A stretch of DNA of 64,000 bases, from contig MU053379.1 of NCBI GenBank assembly GCA_013239625.1, positions 1,656,866 to 1,720,865 of the forward strand, read 5' to 3'. The notes beneath the pieces are model-generated. The model had not been told where the DNA came from. It made no database searches and saw only the letters and a program-made list of their open reading frames with translations. Below are positions 23,761-37,760 of the stretch, one piece after another (the first letter of the stretch is position 1; each line of letters begins with the position of its first letter). Origin of the DNA: Lama guanicoe (taxonomy: Eukaryota). The position numbers were made by a program, and so were the translations under genes.

Positions 23761-25627
23761 GGCTCAGTGGTTGGCAAAGAGCTTCATAAACAGCAGATTT
23801 TTCCTGACCAGGACTTCAGGGGCTGAGGGTCTCCCTGGGGACACAGGATGCCAGGTCTGTGCACAGGCGTGGGCTTTGGGGGAGGTTGGGGGCTGTGGCT
23901 CCTCCTGGCTCACGCACGGGCTCACACACACACGCGCACACACGCACACTCATCCCCCAGAAGGGGCTGCCCTAGCAGGAGGCAGCGGTATTAGCTGTCC
24001 ACACTCAGGCTTTGAGTTTCTACACCCGCTTATGAAGCCCTGTGAGGAGGCTGGGGATTGAGGGCAGGGGAGACCTGAGCAGGCTGCCCGGGTGGAGGAC
24101 GCCCGCCGTGCCCCAGCGAGGCTCTGCAGGCCGGGAAGACACATGGAAGGGTTCCGAGGTGTCCCTCCACGTCTCCTGGAACTTTTCTGGGCCCCTGAGA
24201 TGCATGCAGATTTGACAGTGTCCTCAGTGGGGAGGGCACTGACCATGTGGACCATCAACCCCAGATGCTGAGAACGAGGCAAAGGCCGAGGACCAGGCGG
24301 GGGACCTGCAGCCCTGCAGACAGCGGACTGGCCACACCTTGGTGCTGGTGCCCCCTCCCCACCTTTCAGCCACTGGTTTTATAAGCTCCTCAGGAAAAAG
24401 AAGGTGAGGGGAAAAATCCAGATTAAATCTGCAGTGACTGAGTTTCTTGTCACTGACATAGATTCAGCTTCCTCCCCACGTCAGGAGTGCACACCAGTGA
24501 CTAAGCTACACTGTCGCAGAACAACGGCTGCATCGGGGCCCCTGCATCCTGGACCTGGCTGTCACCCTGCCACCTTCTGACCCCCTTATGGTCTCTGGAA
24601 ACCCATCATCCACCCGTTTCCACTTCTGAAGGTTTCTGCAGACCCATCCGGAGGGTAGAGAGCAGAGTGTTTCCAAGGTGAGAGGGCACCCGGGCAAGAG
24701 CGCTCCACGAGCATTCGGGCGCCGCACAAACGGAAGGGCTGGGGGCCGCCGATGGGGACTGTCCTGAGGCGTCCCCAGTGCGGTTTCTGTCTCAATTATG
24801 GTGCCACACAGCGTCCGAGAGATGGTTTCCTGGCACCATGAGATATGGCATAACACAGGGAACTAAAATGCTCTTGACAGGTCACAGTGGCCAGTTCCTC
24901 TGCTTGTAGGGCGTTTTCTTAAGCCCGTAGACATCACCTTGGGACAGTTCCAGCGGGTGGTCGACTCCGTATCCAGCATAATCCTGTCGAAATCCTGTGT
25001 TTACGACGTTAGAACATCGTGTTTCCAAGTGCAGTTTTGCCTTCACAGAGGAGGCAGCTGGCTGCTTCTCGGCCCGGGTCTGGCCACCGGAGGAGAACGC
25101 GTTTCCGCCTGCAGGTCGCCCGCCCTCTGCCACTGTCCGCCTTCAGTGAGTGCGTCTGTCCTCCCCGGGTGACCGTGTGCCCCTCGCTGTGCTCTGAGGC
25201 CCTTCTGGGGGACCTGGCCCTGCCCCACGATGTGGGGAGAGGGTTAGAAAGTTCTGGCCAGTTTAACAGCGTTGGTTTTGCAGTCAGAGAAGCCTGGATG
25301 CAGATCCCTGCCTCCACGCCATAGCCGTGACCTGGGGCGGGGTATCCAGAGGAGCCTGGTTTCCGCCTGTGTGAGGCGCTGTTGCTGCTGGTTCCTGGCC
25401 CGAGACTCCGTTCTGGGCAGGGCTGCCCCGTCCTCCGCTCCCAGGGCTCCGGTCTCACCGCCTTCTACACAGTTTGTTTCTCCCAGAGGATGAGAGTGTG
25501 GAACCGGGTGGGCTGGGGGCGAGGCTGAGTGAGACCACGCACCTGTTAGTGGATTTGAGACAGTGTTTGCCTTTCGGCTTTGGGTATAAGATGTGACCAA
25601 AGACCCATTGTGACCACTGAACTCTTG

Positions 25628-25860
25628 TTTTTTTGATTGAAGTGTAGTTGGTTTACAACGTTGTGTTAGTTTCAGGTGTACAGCAAAGTGATTCGACCAT
25701 ACATATACATCTATTTCTTTTCAGATTCTTTTCCATTGTAGGTTATTACAAGGTATTGAATACAGTTCCCTGTGCTGCTCAGTAGGACCTTGCTGGTTAT
25801 CTATTTGATACACAGTAGTGTGTGTCTGTAAATCCCACACTCCTCATTTACCCCTTCCCC
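25628..25860 (-). mobile_element. Short LINE-1 3' UTR end
   Basis: ttttttgattgaagtgtagttggtttacaacgttgtgttagtttcaggtgtacagcaaagtgattc... Confidence 0.9.
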
Positions 25861-26602
25861 TGACCGCTGGACTCTTACCGTATCCATGGTGGACACAGGG
25901 ACATGTGCCTGGGTCTCCCTCAGGGAAGGACTTGCTTCCCATCCATGGGGAGTGCAGTCAGCAGGTGGCCCTCAGCCGTCAGCTCGAGCAGGTCTGCCTG
26001 GCCTGCAGACGCCGCCTCACCTGGGTCACACCCTAGGGACAACCCAGAGGGAGGCGGGAGTTGGAGGCCTGGCCACTTCAGCCAGACCTGGGGCAGCTCT
26101 GAAGACAGTATTTGTTCCAGAACTCCCTTCCAGGCTGAGTCTGCCTCATGCTTTGACTTCTTCCGCTGCCCAATCTTACTTTCCCCCTCTTCCTTTTGCA
26201 GTACTGACCCCTAAAAAGCATACTGACCCCTAACAGGCAAATTCCAGATCTGTGACTGTTTCCTTGGTAAAACATGTGAACATGTCTGCCAGGGGAGGGA
26301 GGGTGGGGAAAGCTGAACCCGTATACCCATTTGTGACTAAATATTGTCAGGAAAACACATGGGGGCTGCAAGGCCAGTCGAAGATGCTGGAGTTAGGAGG
26401 CAGAGTCCCTTTTGGGCCTCCCCGCTTCCCTGTCAGGAGAGAGGAGGTATGCTGGAAGGCGAGCCAGCATGTTCTCCTCTTGGGTGGCCCTGACACTTCC
26501 CTACATGTATCAGTTAGCTATTGCTGAGTAACAAACCACCAAAGACTCAGTCTTCAGGTCAGTTCTCAAGGGGCTGGTAGGGCTCAGGTGGAGGGGATTC
26601 TT

Positions 26603-27356
26603 CTTTTTTTTTAACCCCATACCCTCAATTTATCCCAGCCCCCCTTTCCTCTTTAGTAACTGTAAGTTTGTTTTCTATGTCTGTGAGCCTGTTTTTGTTT
26701 GATAAATAAGTTCAATTCTATTATTTTTTTAGATTCCACATATAAGTGATATCATATGATATTTGTCTTTCTCTGTCTGACTTATTTCACTTAGTATGAT
26801 AATCTCTTTTGTCCATCCATGTTGCTACAAATGGCATTATTTCATTCTTTTTATGGCTGAGTAGTATTCCATTGTATATAGATATACCACAACTTCTTTA
26901 TCCAGTCATCTGTTGATGGACAGTTAGGCTGTTTCCATGTCTTGGCTGTTGTATATAATGCTGTTATGAACATTGGGGTGCATGTATCTTTTCACATTAG
27001 AGTTTTCTCCAGATATATGCCCAGGAGTGGGATTGCTGGATCATGTGGTAACTCTATTTTTAATTTTTTTAAGGAACCTTCGTAATATTCTCCATAGTGG
27101 GTGCACCAAACTACATTCCAACCAGCAGTGTAGGAGAGCTCCCTTTTCTCCACCATTTAGTATTTGTGGACTTTTTGATGATGGCCATTCTAACCATTGT
27201 GAGGTGATACCTCATTGAATTTTGATTTGCATTTCTCTGATAATTAGTGATTTTGAGCATCTTTTCATGTGCCTGTTGCCATTTGTATGTCTTCTTTGGA
27301 GAGATGTCTGTTTAGGTCTTCTGCCCATTTTTTGATTGGGCTGTTGTTGTTGTTGT
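26603..27356 (-). mobile_element. LINE-1 insertion, 5'-truncated and prematurely polyadenylated within the 3' UTR
   Basis: L1 ORF2 C-terminus/3' UTR homology; T-tract joined at an internal 3' UTR position; TSD tggaggggattctt (26589-26602) / tggaggggactctt (27357-27370). Confidence 0.9.
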
Positions 27357-27839
27357 TGGAGGGGACTCTTATGGGAGGGGAGTGTTGGGGTCACAATGGC
27401 TGACGTGCTTTTGTTTTGGTTCCCTTTCTACTGGCCATTCATTCTGTGTGTTACACACACAAGGGTGCAAGAGGGAACCTTCCTTCTGTTTTCTTCCTGA
27501 CACAATGCAGGTGCCAGAGACAGAACCATGAACAGGGCCCAGGGGCCCCTCCCAGCTCTGTCAGCCACAGTGGAATTCTATTGAGAAGGCAGCTGTAACC
27601 ATGGCCCCTCTTTCCTCCCAACTTCCAGGCACATGATCTTACTGGACGACATCCAGCCTTTTATCCAGCCTCTTGTCCGTCACAAAGCCTGACACGTGGT
27701 TGCTTGGCAGCACCTTATGCATCTCCTTTTGGGCGAACGTGTGTGGTCTGTGGACACCCTACTTGCACGTCTCCTCTGCTTGCTCAGTGAGTTGCTGGCC
27801 TTGGAGCTGTCAGGTGAACTTTCTCTCCTGGGTCTTTTC

Positions 27840-30800
27840 TTTTTTGTTTTTGTAGTTTAAATTTTATTTTATGTATTAATTTAAAAATTCTTCTAGTTTT
27901 AATTTTTAAATGAACGTACAGTAATATTGACTTTTGGGGACATAGAATTTGACGTTTTGGGCACACAATTCCATGAATTTCAACATATGTTTAGTTTCAC
28001 ATAACTACTGCCATGATCAGGATGAAAAATAGCTCCCTTACCCCTTAAAACTCCCTCATGCTACCTTTTATAGTCTCATGCTTCTTCTGCACCTACCCCT
28101 GGGAACCATGATCTGTTCTGTATCACTAGTTTTGTATTTTTGAGAACGTCAAATATATGGAATGGTACATTACATAGCCTTTCATGACTGGCTTCTTTCA
28201 CTCAGCATAATGGCCCCGAGGTCCATCCAAGTTGATGCAATTATCAATAGTTCACTGTATTTTTCTCTTTACTGATGAATAGTGTTCCATTCTATAAATG
28301 TACCAGTTTGTTTATCTACTCACCCACTGAATTGAATAGCTTCCAGTTTGGGGGATTATGAATAGAACTGCTATAAACATTTGTGTATAGCTTTTTATGT
28401 GACCATAAAATCTTCACTTCTCTAGGGTAAATACCAAGAGATGGGTCATGCTTAACTTCACAAGAAACTGCCAGACTGCTTTCAGAGAGGCTGAACCATT
28501 CTGTATTCCTCCCTGTCGTGGTCTTCCACGTCCTCTCCAGCACTTGATATCATCAGCCATTAAAAAAGACAACCTTCTTTAGATGTAATTCACATACCGT
28601 ACACATCACCTGTTCAAAGTGTACAAATGGATTTTAGTATATTTGCAACCATCACCACAATTTTAGACCATTTCCTCACCTGAAAAAGAAGTTTTGTACC
28701 CATGAACTCTTTATTACCTTCTGTCCTCTCCATTTCCTCCCCTCCCACCCCCAGCCTATGTGGCCACCAATCTACTTTGTACCTCCATAGATTTGCCTAT
28801 TCTGGGCATTTCATATACATGGGATCATAGAATGTGTGATCTTTTCTTTCACTTAGTGTAGAGTTTTCGGGGTTCATCCATGTTGCAGAATGTATCACTA
28901 CTTGATTCAATTTTATGGCCAAATTATATTCCATTGTGTAGACATACTACATTGTATTTATCTCTTCATTGATTGATTGATATCTGGGTTGTACCCAGAT
29001 TTTTGCAATTGTGAATAATGGTGCTGTGAACATTGTGTACAAGTGTTTGTGTGGATATGTGTTTTCAGTTCTCTTGGATATATGCCTAGGAGTGTTGGGT
29101 CATTTGGTAATTTTATAGTTAATCCTTTGAGGAACTGCCAGTGTGCTTTTCAAAGTGGCCACACTATTTTACACTCCCATCAGCTGTGAATGAGAGTTCT
29201 AATTCTCCACCTCCTCCTCAACACTTGTCATTATTTGAGTTTTGATTACAGCCATCCTGAGTTAGTGTGAAGTAGTATCCCAGTGTGGTTTTGGTTTGCA
29301 TTTTCCTAATGACTAAATGATGTCGAGTGCATTTTCATGTGCTTGCTGACCATTTATATGTCTTCTTTGGAGAAATGTCTATTCAAGGCTTTTGCTTATT
29401 TTTTAAATGAAGTTGTTTCTCTTTTTGTTGTTGGGTTGTAAGCATCCTTTATATATTCTGGATACAGTCCATCGTCATATATATGACTTGAAAACATTTT
29501 CTCCCATTCTGTGGGCTATCTTTTCAGTCTCCTGAAAATGACTTTTAATGTACAAAAATTCAAAATTTTGATGAAGTCTAGTTTATCTTTTCTTTTGTTG
29601 CCTGTGCTTTTGGCATCGTATTTAAGAAATCAGTGCCAAATCCAAGGTCATGTAGATTTGCCCCTAATGTTCTCTTCTAAGAATTTTACAGTTTGAACTC
29701 TTAAACTTAGGTCTTTGATCCATTTTGAATTAATTTTCATATATGGCATGAAAAGTCCAGCTTCATTCTTTTGCATATGGATTATCTGGTTGTCCCAGAT
29801 CCATTTTTGGAGACCCTGTTTATTCCCCACTCAATGGTCATGGCACTCTTGTTGAAAATAAATTGACCATAGATAAATGGGTGTATTTCTGGACACTTAA
29901 TTCTATTCTATACATTGATTGATTAATATGTCTATCTTTATGCCGTTACCATACACTGCTTTGATTACTGTTGATTTGCAGTAAGCTTTTAAATCAGAAA
30001 TTGAGAGTGCTCAAAATTTATTCTTTTTTTAAGATTGTTTTGGCTATTCTGGATCCCTTTCCGCCCCATATGAATTTTAGAATAAGATTTTTTCATTTCT
30101 GCAAAAACACTCCTTGGAATTTTGTTAGGGATGGCATGGAATCTGTAGATTACTTTGGGAAATATTGCCATCTTAACCATATTAAGTCTTCCCATCCATG
30201 GGCATAGGATTTCTTTTCCATTTATTTAGCTCTTCTTTAATTTGTTCAGCTATGTTATCTTTTATAATTACACACTCACCTTTACTGGTGCTTTTTGTTT
30301 GTCTGAATGACAGTTACTGCCTGCGGTCACTTGTGTTTGGCCTGAAGAACTTTCGTTAATATTTTCTGTAAGGCAGATCTGCTAACAACACATTTTCTCA
30401 GTTTTTGATCTGACAGTGCTTTTATTTTGCCTTTATCTTGAAAGAAAGCTTTGCTACCTTGGGAGGCTGGGTTGACAGTTTTGCTTTGAGCACTTTGAAC
30501 ATGCTATCCCACTGCCTTTTGACTTCCATTGTTTCTAATGAGAAGTCAACTGTTTGTCTTATTGTTGTTCCCTTGTAAGTGATGAGTTTCTTTCTTGCTG
30601 CTTTCAAGATTTTCTCCTTGTCTTTAGCTTTCAGCATTTTTACTGTGATTTGTCTATTTGTGGATCTCTTTGTATTTATCATCCTTAGAGTTTGTTGAAC
30701 ACCCTCAATGTGTAAATTAATATTTCAAATAAATTTGGGGGGGTTTCTAAAATTATTTCTGTGAGTATTTTTTCTACTCCTTTCTCTATTCCCTTTCCTT

Positions 30801-31515
30801 CTGGTACTTCCATTGTGTGTATGTTGGCGTGCCTGATGGTGTCCCACGTTTCTCTGAGATGTTCATTTATCTTTATTTTTTTATCTGTCTGTTCTTCAGA
30901 TTGCATAATCTCTGCTAACCTAGCCTTGCGTGTGCTAATTCTTTCTTTGCTGGTTTAAGGTACTCTCAAGCCTCTTTAGTGAGTTTTCATTTCAATTATT
31001 ATACCTTTCAGTTCCAGAATTGTCACTTGATTCTTTTATATACTTTCTAACTCATTATTGTATTTTCCATTTAATGTAACATTGTCATCATACATTCCTT
31101 TTCTTTAATCATAGCTTCCTTTAGTTATTGAACATATTTATAGTGGGTAACTTGAAGTTTTTCCCTGGTAAATCTAATTTCTGCTCTTCTCAGGCAGCTT
31201 CTGTTACCTGTGGTTCTTATTATTATTATTATTCTGGTATATGAGTCATACTTTATTTCTTTGCACGTCTTATAATTTTTTGTTGGAAACTGGACATTTT
31301 AGATAACATACTGTAGCAATTCTGGATCTTAGTCTCCCCTCTCTGGGACCCACTACTGTCATTTGCTTGTCTACTTGTTAAATGACTGGCTGGGTTATTT
31401 TAGTGAAGTCCATTTCCCTTTGCCCTGCCCTCCTTGCTGGACTGTGAAGCTTCTGATGGTGCTTCCTGGGAGTGTATCGTTAGGTAAGCCCACAGTCATC
31501 CTGAAATGATGGTAG
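27840..31515 (-). mobile_element. Compound old LINE-1 block: two L1M-type 3' ends (~27840-28560; ~28575-30250 with ORF2) followed by ORF1/5' sequence (~30260-31515)
   Basis: Minus ORFs [23 protein letters not shown] (ORF2) and RQITVKMLKAKDKEKILKAARKK / LRETWDTIRHANIHTMEVPEG (ORF1). Confidence 0.85.
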
Positions 31516-31519
31516 TTTT

Positions 31520-34500
31520 ATATGATTTTAATTCTTTTTTTTTTTTTAACATTTGTTAGGTTTGTTTTATAACCCAGGATTTGGTGTACTTTTGTGAATG
31601 TTCCTTGTGCACTGGAAAAAAATGTTGTGTGGAAATATTTTATAAACATTTATTAGATCCAGTTGTTCAATGGTATTTTTCATTTCTCCTACATCTTTGG
31701 TGATTTTCATTCTACTGGTTTTATCAGTGACTGTGGGAGGAGTCTTGGAGTCTGAGTATAATTGTGTCCTTCTTGTCCTCAGGGTTTTTTTTTTTCTGAC
31801 AGGTATTTTGATGCTTAGTTATTTGCTGTGCACACATTTAGTATTATTATCATTTCCTCTTGAATCAACATTTTATCACTATATTATGCCCCCCTTTATC
31901 CTTAATAATTTCTTTGCCCTAAAATCTACTTTGTTTCATATTAATAGAGTCACTCTACCTTTCTTTTATTAATGTTTGCATGGAATAGCTTATTCCATCC
32001 TTTTATTTATAACTTACCTACATCATTATATAAGTGAGTTTCTTGCAGAGAACATACAGCTGTGTCATATGTTTGTTTTTTCCGATCTATTCTGACAATA
32101 TCTTTCACTTTAACTTGGTGTGTTTAGACCATTTACATTTAATATCATTATTGAAATTTTGGATTTAGGGCTATCATTTCCTTACTTGTTTTCTCTTTGT
32201 TCCCTCTGTTTTTTTTTTTTTTTCCAATTCTCTGTTTTTAGTTTCTTGCCTTCTTTTGGGTTTGAACATTTTTTAATATTCCATTTTTTAAAATTTTTAT
32301 TGATTTGTAATCATTTTACAATGTTGTGTCAAATTCCAGTGTAAAGCACAATTTTTCAGTTTTACATGAACATATATATATATATTCATTGTCACATTTT
32401 TTTCTCTGTGAGCTACCATAAGATCTTGAGTATATTTCCCTGTGCTACACAGTACAATCTTGTTTATCTATTCTACAATTTTGAAATCCCGTCTATCCCT
32501 TCCCACCCTCCACCCCCTTGGCAACCACAAGTTTGTATTCTAAGTCTATGAGTCTATTTCTGTTTTGTTTTTATGCTTTGTTTTTCTGTGTTTGTTTTTG
32601 TTTTTTAGATTCCACATATGAGTGATATCATATGGTATTTTTCTTTTTCTTTCTGGCTTACTTCACTTAGAATGACATTCTCCAGGAGCATCCATGTTGC
32701 TGCAAATGGCATTATGTTGTCGGTCTTTATGGCTGAGTAGTATTCCATTGTATAAATAGACCACATCTTCTTTATCCAGTCATCTGTTGATGGACCTTTA
32801 GGCTGTTACCATGTCTTGGCTATTGCTATGAACATTGGGGTACAGGTGTCATCCTGAAGTAGGGTTCCTGGATATAAGCCAGTGGGATTCCTGGGTCATA
32901 TGGTAAGTCTATTCCTAGTCTTTTGAGAAATCTCCATACTGTTTTCCACAGTGGCTGCACCAAACTGCATTCCCACCAGCAATGTGGAGGGTTCCCCTTT
33001 CTCCACAGCCTCTCCAGCATTTGTCACTTGGCGGATTTTTGAATGATGGCCATTCTGACTGGTGTGAGGTGATACCTCATTGTAGTTTTGATTTGCATTT
33101 CTCTGATAATTAGTGATATTGAGCATTTTTTCATGTGCTTATTGATCATTTGTATGTCTTCCTTGGAGAATTGCTTGTTCAGGTCTTTTGCCCATCTTTG
33201 GATTGGGTTGTTTGGTTGTTTCTTATTAAGTCATATGAGCTGCTTATATATTCTGGAGATCAAGCCTTTGTTGGTTTCATTTGCAAAGATTTTCTCCCAT
33301 TCCGTAGGTTGTCTTTTTGTTTTACTTATGGTTTCCTTTGCTGTGCAGAAGCTTGTAAGTTTCATTAGGTCCCATTTGTTTATTCTTGCTTTTATATCTC
33401 CTAGGAGAAAATTTTTGAGATGTATGTTAGATAATGTTTTGCCTTTATTTTCCTCTAGGAGGTTTATTATATCTTGTCTTATGTTTAAGTCTTTGATCCA
33501 TTTTGAGTTTATTTTTGTGTATGGTGTAAGAATGTTCTAGCTTCATTGCTTTATGTGCTGCTGTCCAGTTTTCCCAACACCATTTGCTGAAGAGACTGTC
33601 TTTATTCCATTGTATATTCTTGCCTCCTTTGTCAAAGATGAGTTGACCAAAAGTTTGTAGGTTCATTTCTGGGCTCTCTATTCATTGGTCTATATGTCTG
33701 TTTTTGTACCAATACCATGCTGTCTTGATGACTGTAGCTCTATAGTATTGTCTGAAGTGTGGGAGAATTATTCCTCCAGCTTCTTTCTTTCTCTTCAGTA
33801 ATGCTTTGGCAATTCTAGGTCTTTGATGGTTCCATATAAATTTTATTATGATTTGTTCTAGTTTTGTGAAATATGTCCTGGGTAATTTGATAGGGATTGC
33901 ATTAAATGTGTAGATTGCCTTGGGCAGTGTGACCATTTTAACAATATTGATTCTTCCAATCCAAGAGCATGGGGTATCTTCCCATTTTTTAAAGTCTTCT
34001 TTAATTTCCCTCATCAATGGTTTATAGTTTTCTGTGTATAATTCTTTCACCACCTTGGTTAGATTTATTCCTAGGTATTTTATTACTTTGGGTGCTATTT
34101 AAAGGGGATTGTTTCTTTACTTTCTTTTTCTGTTGATTCATCATTAGCGTAAGGAAATGCAACTGATTTTTGAACGTTAATCTTGTAACCTGCTACCTTG
34201 CAGAATTCTTCAATCAGCTCTAGTAGTTTTTGTGTGGACCTTTTAGGGTTTTCTATATATAGTATCATGTCATCTGCATACAGTGACACTTTTACCTCTT
34301 CCTTTCCAATTTGGATCCCTTTTATTTCTCTCTCTTGCCTGATTGCTGTGGCTAGGACTCCCAAGTCTGTGTTGAATAGGAGTGGTGATAGTGGGCAGCC
34401 TTGTCTTGTCCCAGACTTTAGTGGGAAGCTTTTGAGTTTTTCACCATTGAGTACTATGCTGGCTGTAGGTTTGTCATATTTAACTTTTATTATGTTGAGA

Positions 34501-36990
34501 TATGTCCCCTCTATACCCACTTTGGTGAGAGTTTTTATCATAAATAGGTGTTGAATTCTATCAAATGCTTTTTCTGCATCGATTGAGATGATCATGTGGT
34601 TTTTGTCCTTTCTCTTGTTGATGTGATGTATTACATTGATTGATTTGCGTATGTTGAACCACCCTTGTGTCCCTGGGATGAACCCCACTTGGTTTAATAT
34701 TCCATTTTAACTTTCTGTTTTGACTCTGTATCTTTGCTTAGATATTTTAGAGGCTGTTCTAGGGATCACAGTATGCATACTTAATTTTTCATAGTTCACT
34801 TAGAATCAATATTTTACCACTTTCAGTGAAATGTAAGAGTCCTTACTACTATATAGATCTCTCTAGTTGCTCTTCTTTATGTTGTAGTTGTCTTATTTAT
34901 TTTATCTACTTACATTGAAAATCCCATGAGAAAATGTTACAATTTTTGCTTTTCACTTTCACTTGTCAAACATATTTTAAAAACTCAAGAGGTGTATATT
35001 TTATTCATCCAGGTATGTACACTTTCTGTCAGTCTCCCTTAGCTCTTGATATTCCAAGTTTTCTTCTTGTGTTATTTTACTCTGACCTGAAGAACTTTCT
35101 TTGGCAATGCAGTGAAAGCAGTCCTACTGAAAATGAATTATCTTGGTTTTTTCTCCATCTGAGAATGTTTGTATTTTACCTTCATCTCAGGAGGATATTT
35201 TCACTGGATATAGAATTCTGGGTTGACAATTCATTTCTTTCAGCACTTGAGAAATACGTTCCTTCCTTTTGGTGTACACAGTTTCAGATGTGAAATCCAT
35301 TGTCCTTTGAATTGTTGTTCCTGTATAAGGAATGCGTCATTTTTCTCTGGTTGCTTTCATGATTTTTTCCCTTTGTTTTTGGTTTTCAGCATTTTGATTA
35401 TGTGATATCTGGGTGTAAAATTCTTTGAGTTTATAATGTTTAAAATCCGTCAATCTTCTTAACCCTGCAAGTTTATGTGCATCAAATTTGGGAAATTTCT
35501 ACCCATTATTTCTTCAAATTTGTTTTCTGCATTGCCTTCTTTGTACTCTCCTTTTGAGACCTAGATGACATGAACATAATACTTCTTAGTATTGTCCGAC
35601 AGGTCCCTGAGGGTCTCTTCTTCATTTTTTTTCCTTCAGTCTTTTTCTCATTATAGTTCAGTTTTTGTAATTTCTATTGATGTGTCTTCAAAGTCATTGA
35701 TTCTTTCCTCTATTATTTTCCACTTTGCTATTGAACCCATGATCCAGTGATTAAAAAAACACTGGTTGTTGTATTTTTCAGTTACAAAATTTACATTTTG
35801 CTCTACTTTATAGCTTCTGTTTCTTTTCTGAGATGTCTTATGTTTTCATTTATTTTGAAAGTGTCCACACCTTCTTGTTGGAGCATTTTTATAGTAGCTG
35901 TTAAAAGTCTGTCATGTACTTCCAACCTCTGTGTCATCTTGGCACTGTCATCTGTTGGTTTTCTTTTCCACTAATAGTTGTGGTTTTCTTGGCTCTTCCT
36001 GTGTCAAGTAGTTTGGGGTTTTATCCTAGACATTTTGAATATTTATGTTATGAAACTATGGATTCTTCAAAAATCGTATATAGAATGTTGATATTTTTAT
36101 TTTATGAGGCAATTGACCTTTTAAATACACAAGTTCTCACCAGTCTCTTTAGTTATGTTTTCAATGTCAGTTACATTTTCAAATCCCTTCAGCGCTATTT
36201 GTGTCTGTCCCACATGTGCTTATCCCATCCCATATGGCATCTGGGGGTGATCTATCCAACAGTTCAGTTCTTGAGGTCTACTGGATGCCTTTTATTTTCA
36301 GACCCATGTGTGTACAGCTTGCGACTGAGCTCAATAATTTGTTGCTTAACTGAGCTCTGCCCGGTCTGTGGCTTCCTTAGAACTTTCTGGTTTCCTAGGG
36401 GCTTCCTCTTTTTGGTCCTCCAGACAGAAACCTGGCTCTTAATTTACCCTGCTCTGTCTCACCTTTCCCCCAAGTGCACCCTTCTCTGGGGTCAAGCAGG
36501 AGGACAGAAAAGAAGCAACGGGGGGTTCTCCCTCCTACTTAGGATCACACCATCTCTAATTGGTGAGAAAAATTCTCTTCCTCAGAGATTTGGGTTCCTG
36601 TAGCTCCTGTGATTTTTCAGCTGGTGCCAACATTGAATCTGGAAGATCATTTGGTAGCTGGCTGTCAGAGAATGGAAAAATGAACAAAAAGGGGAGGGAT
36701 TTCCATGGATCCCATGCCTTCCCCGAGTGTTAGGAGACCCCCTTTTCCCCTCTACAAGTCAGAACTAGAGGCTTCTCGAGCTGTCTGGTCCATGCCTTTG
36801 CTTACATCCAGGTCTTAGGCTGCACAGAATCGAAGCCAGGAACGCTGGAGAAACAGAAAGCGGTAAATCACTGATGGTTCCATAGCACTTGAATTCTAGT
36901 CTTCTTCTCCAATCTGCTTGCCACTGTTTACTTTTCTGAGTCCTCAAATAGCTGCTCCATGTGTTCTGTTCACATTGTAGCGGCATCCTG
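31520..36990 (-). mobile_element. Old LINE-1 5' half (ORF2 start, ORF1, 5' UTR) interrupted by a young L1 at 32288-34692
   Basis: T-rich L1M-type antisense sequence continuous across the insertion, e.g. ttttcactggatatagaattctgggttgac, caaatttgggaaatttctacccattatttcttcaaa. Confidence 0.75.
32288..34692 (-). mobile_element. Youngest L1 in the window: 2.4-kb 5'-truncated LINE-1 (RT domain to 3' UTR) with a perfect 16-bp TSD
   Basis: Minus ORF 34095-34688 with RT motifs [27 protein letters not shown] and LYADDMILY; downstream ORF2 pieces broken by stops and frameshifts; TSD tttaatattccatttt at 32272-32287 and 34693-34708. Confidence 0.97.
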
Positions 36991-37324
36991 TGGGAAGAGC
37001 AAGTTGTAGTATACTTACTCCATCTTACCCTAAACTGGAGCCCCCCGGCTCTTTTTTTGCCTTTTAGAGGTCACTCCTATACTTCCCTCATCACTGAAAA
37101 CTACCCTGGTGACGCCTTCCCCTTGCACTGCTCCTTTACCCATAAGGCATACTCCAACAACAAAATCTGTGGTTAAGCTCAACTGAAAGTGTTGACAGCC
37201 AGGACGGAACCAAAGGTCCAGACCGCTCCTCTTATGACTATTTGTTAGCCAGGTCCTAACCCAAACATTTGCTGAGCAAGAATTACATGGTGAGCGTGAT
37301 CCTTGTTGACCACTGGGCATTTAT

Positions 37325-37760
37325 CATTGCTTTTGAAAGAAAATAGGAACAAGATAAATATGATGCTAGGATACAGTTGTAATAATCTGCCCAATCAGAA
37401 TGGGAGGAGAGAAATATTCAACCAGTATTTGTTAAATTCATAGCAATACAAACTGGTACAGCCTTCTTAGGAATTTGGGAGAAAAACAAGAAATGATAAA
37501 GCATTCATATATATTTGAGAATTCATATTCACATAAATATGAGAATTTATCCCAAGGAAAAAACTCTAAAAATGAAGCTATGTACTAAAAAGGTACTTAT
37601 TAAATGATTATCTCTGATAGCCAGGCATTGGAAATAGCCCCAATGTACTCAAACTAGGGAACAGGTCATTAAATTACAGCACATAAATAGTGTATTATGG
37701 AGTATAGTCATTTAAAATGAATACTTTGAATATTGTGTAGGAGCATATAAAAATGGATCA
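37325..37760 (+). mobile_element. Ancient L1 (L1ME-like) 3' remnant
   Basis: caaactggtacagccttctt...gagaatttatcccaagg...ttggaaatagccccaatgtac...aaattacagcacat. Confidence 0.55.

Noticed and set aside
34095..34688. Reverse transcriptase ORF as a novel RT system (retron/DGR-like)
   Set aside because: It is ordinary LINE-1 ORF2, continuous with the L1 C-terminus, 3' UTR and TSD.
35914..36603. 229-aa hydrophobic ORF that looks like a membrane protein
   Set aside because: It lies in the T-rich antisense strand of an old L1 5' region; the Phe/Leu richness is compositional.
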